A stretch of 63,486 bases of DNA, counting the filler, from Octopus bimaculoides (taxonomy: Eukaryota), in NCBI RefSeq assembly GCF_001194135.2. It is 4 parts of 4 records of this genome, joined end to end, with 100 filler letters (N's around TTAATTAATTAA, not from the genome) between each part and the next. Parts side by side here need not be neighbours in the genome. Positions count along the whole stretch, not along the records: positions 56,725 to 63,486 come from NC_068982.1; 3 more parts are not named here. The stretch is one strand, 5' to 3'. Under the pieces are notes generated by a model, which was not told the DNA's origin, did not search any database, and saw nothing but the letters and a program-made list of their open reading frames with translations. Numbering within the stretch: position 1 is the stretch's first letter; every line of letters starts with the position of its first letter. Position numbers and translations under genes: made by a program. Positions 61,880 through 63,486 of this stretch are shown piece after piece.

Positions 61880-63136
61880 TTGGGTCATCCCATGAATAAT
61901 ACGGTCTTTACAACTGCATAAACTAAAAGTCGGTTGGGAGGGATAAATTACCTGCATCAACTTGCTATAAAAGCAGGTAGTAATTTTACTTTGTATTTAT
62001 TCTTAGTCCAAGTTTTGAAAAGTGCAGTTCGATTTTAATAGTTATTTCCTGAAAGCCATAATAGAAGTGACAAAGGAGCGTATTCAACATAGGAAACAAC
62101 GCAACGAGAAGTGCAAGGTATAATAATGCAATAATATGGGGAACTAACAATAAGCTTAATCCAGTAACTACGGTAGTTCCAGAAATTACAGCTTAAAAGA
62201 CGAGCCTCGACTTGGAAGATTTGTAGAGCTCAATGAGGGCATCCTGCAAAACCTGGTGGAAGTAAATCCCATCGTAACTGTTGAGGAACTAACAAAGAAG
62301 CTTGGATTTTGGTCATTCAACTATTCATCGATAAATGCGTGCCATCGAAAAAGTCAGCAAATTGGGACAATGGGTTCCTTACAAACTTTCCTAGTCTAAT
62401 CGCTCACAGAGAGTAAATGTGTGCTCTTCTTTGTTCTTACGTCTCAAGAATGAACCTTTATTTGGACCGAATAGTGACTGGTGACGAGAAATGAGTTTTC
62501 TATAAAAATCTCAAGCGCCGAATAGTGACTCGTGACGAGAAACGAGTTTTCTATAAAAATGTGAAGCGCCGAAGACTCTAGGTAGGAAAAGAAGAAAAAC
62601 CGGCGCCCCAGGGTAAAGATGGTCTTCACCCAGGTAAGGTGATGTTAACTGTTTTGTCTGATATGATAGGTTTAGCCATTTGAAATTTTAAATCCTAACC
62701 AAACAATAAAAAATGAGATCAACTGCGAGAAGTTTGAGCGGCATCAGTCAGCGCTAGAAAAAAAAAACGACCATCTTTGGTTTCAAGACGAAAGGTGTTT
62801 TTCCATCAGGATAATGCTCGGCCTCATGCAGTGAGGATAGCATTACAAAGTTCGAACATTTCCCTATCTGATTATCATTTATTCTGCAGTCTTCAAAAAC
62901 ATTTGGAATGAAAAATATGAATTCTGCAGATGAGGTCAGAACTGTATTGGAAGAGTATTTTTCGTCACGGGAAAGTGAATTTTGGAAGAGAGGCGTCGCG
63001 AGTCTACCAGAAAGATAGAAGAGGATTGTAGAAAATGAGTGAGAGTATATTTTAGATTAAAAGAGAATTTCTTTATATTAATTTCGAAAAATAAGTCGAA
63101 GTATTAAAAAACGGCATTATTTTTGGGATAACCCAA
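61880..63136 (+). mobile_element. Near-full-length decayed mariner transposon
   Basis: TIR ttgggtcatcccatgaataatacgg / cggcattatttttgggataacccaa, TA on the right; WVPYKL, IVTGDEK, FHQDNARPH motifs; many stops. Confidence 0.9.
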
Positions 63137-63486
63137 TATATTAAGCAAATTCAATTTTACTTACTTGAATAAGCACACGAGCACAGACACACACATAAAC
63201 ACGCACGCGCACACACACACACACACATGCACGCACATATATATACACACACACATATGCACATAGTGGCTGATAAAATGTTAGTGTAACGTCAGAGAGG
63301 ATGAATTCTGAAACTGTCCGTTTTTCATCCTTATGCGGCAGCCATATGTAGCAAAGTCGGACAGGAGAACGATTGAATTCCTACGTAAGTGAAAAAACAA
63401 TAGAATTCGAGCGTATACCAAAGAAGATGGGTGATACAAAAGGTAAATCTGTAAGGATTGCATATATATATATATATGTGTATATA

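Overview
Repeat-dense, AT-rich animal genomic DNA with many N gaps, most of them next to microsatellites. The SINE families and microsatellite load resemble a coleoid cephalopod, most probably Octopus; this is recognition from memory, not a database result. No rRNA, CRISPR or prokaryote-like features are present, and almost all ORFs in the supplied track are microsatellite or N artefacts. Supported content: (1) two phase-compatible coding exons of an unidentified minus-strand host gene (49333-49523 and terminal exon 37104-37274) encoding a coiled-coil-like C-terminus with an RSTQTD motif and ending ESEV*; (2) Penelope-like element (PLE) remains, namely a degenerate Naiad-type RT + GIY-YIG element (about 18200-20930), a second Naiad-type endonuclease fragment and a Neptune/Poseidon-type RT fragment; (3) two homologous non-coding repeats that each carry a type I hammerhead ribozyme, with different but still paired stems and palindromic helix III (10858-10900 +, 22068-22112 -), plus a third weaker hammerhead; (4) R4/Dong-like and HERO-like RLE non-LTR fragments, some embedded in (TAA)n or (TACA)n; (5) an RTE fragment, three Tc1/mariner relics, Tigger- and piggyBac-type MITEs, long foldbacks, an interstitial telomere-like array and about 30 SINE pieces; (6) three artificial 100-nt scaffold linkers. 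The most interesting signal is the apparently young, partly tandem ~345-bp hammerhead-bearing repeat with a non-canonical CCGACGA core, which looks like a PLE pLTR or a retrozyme. All alignments and translations were done by eye, so element boundaries are approximate.
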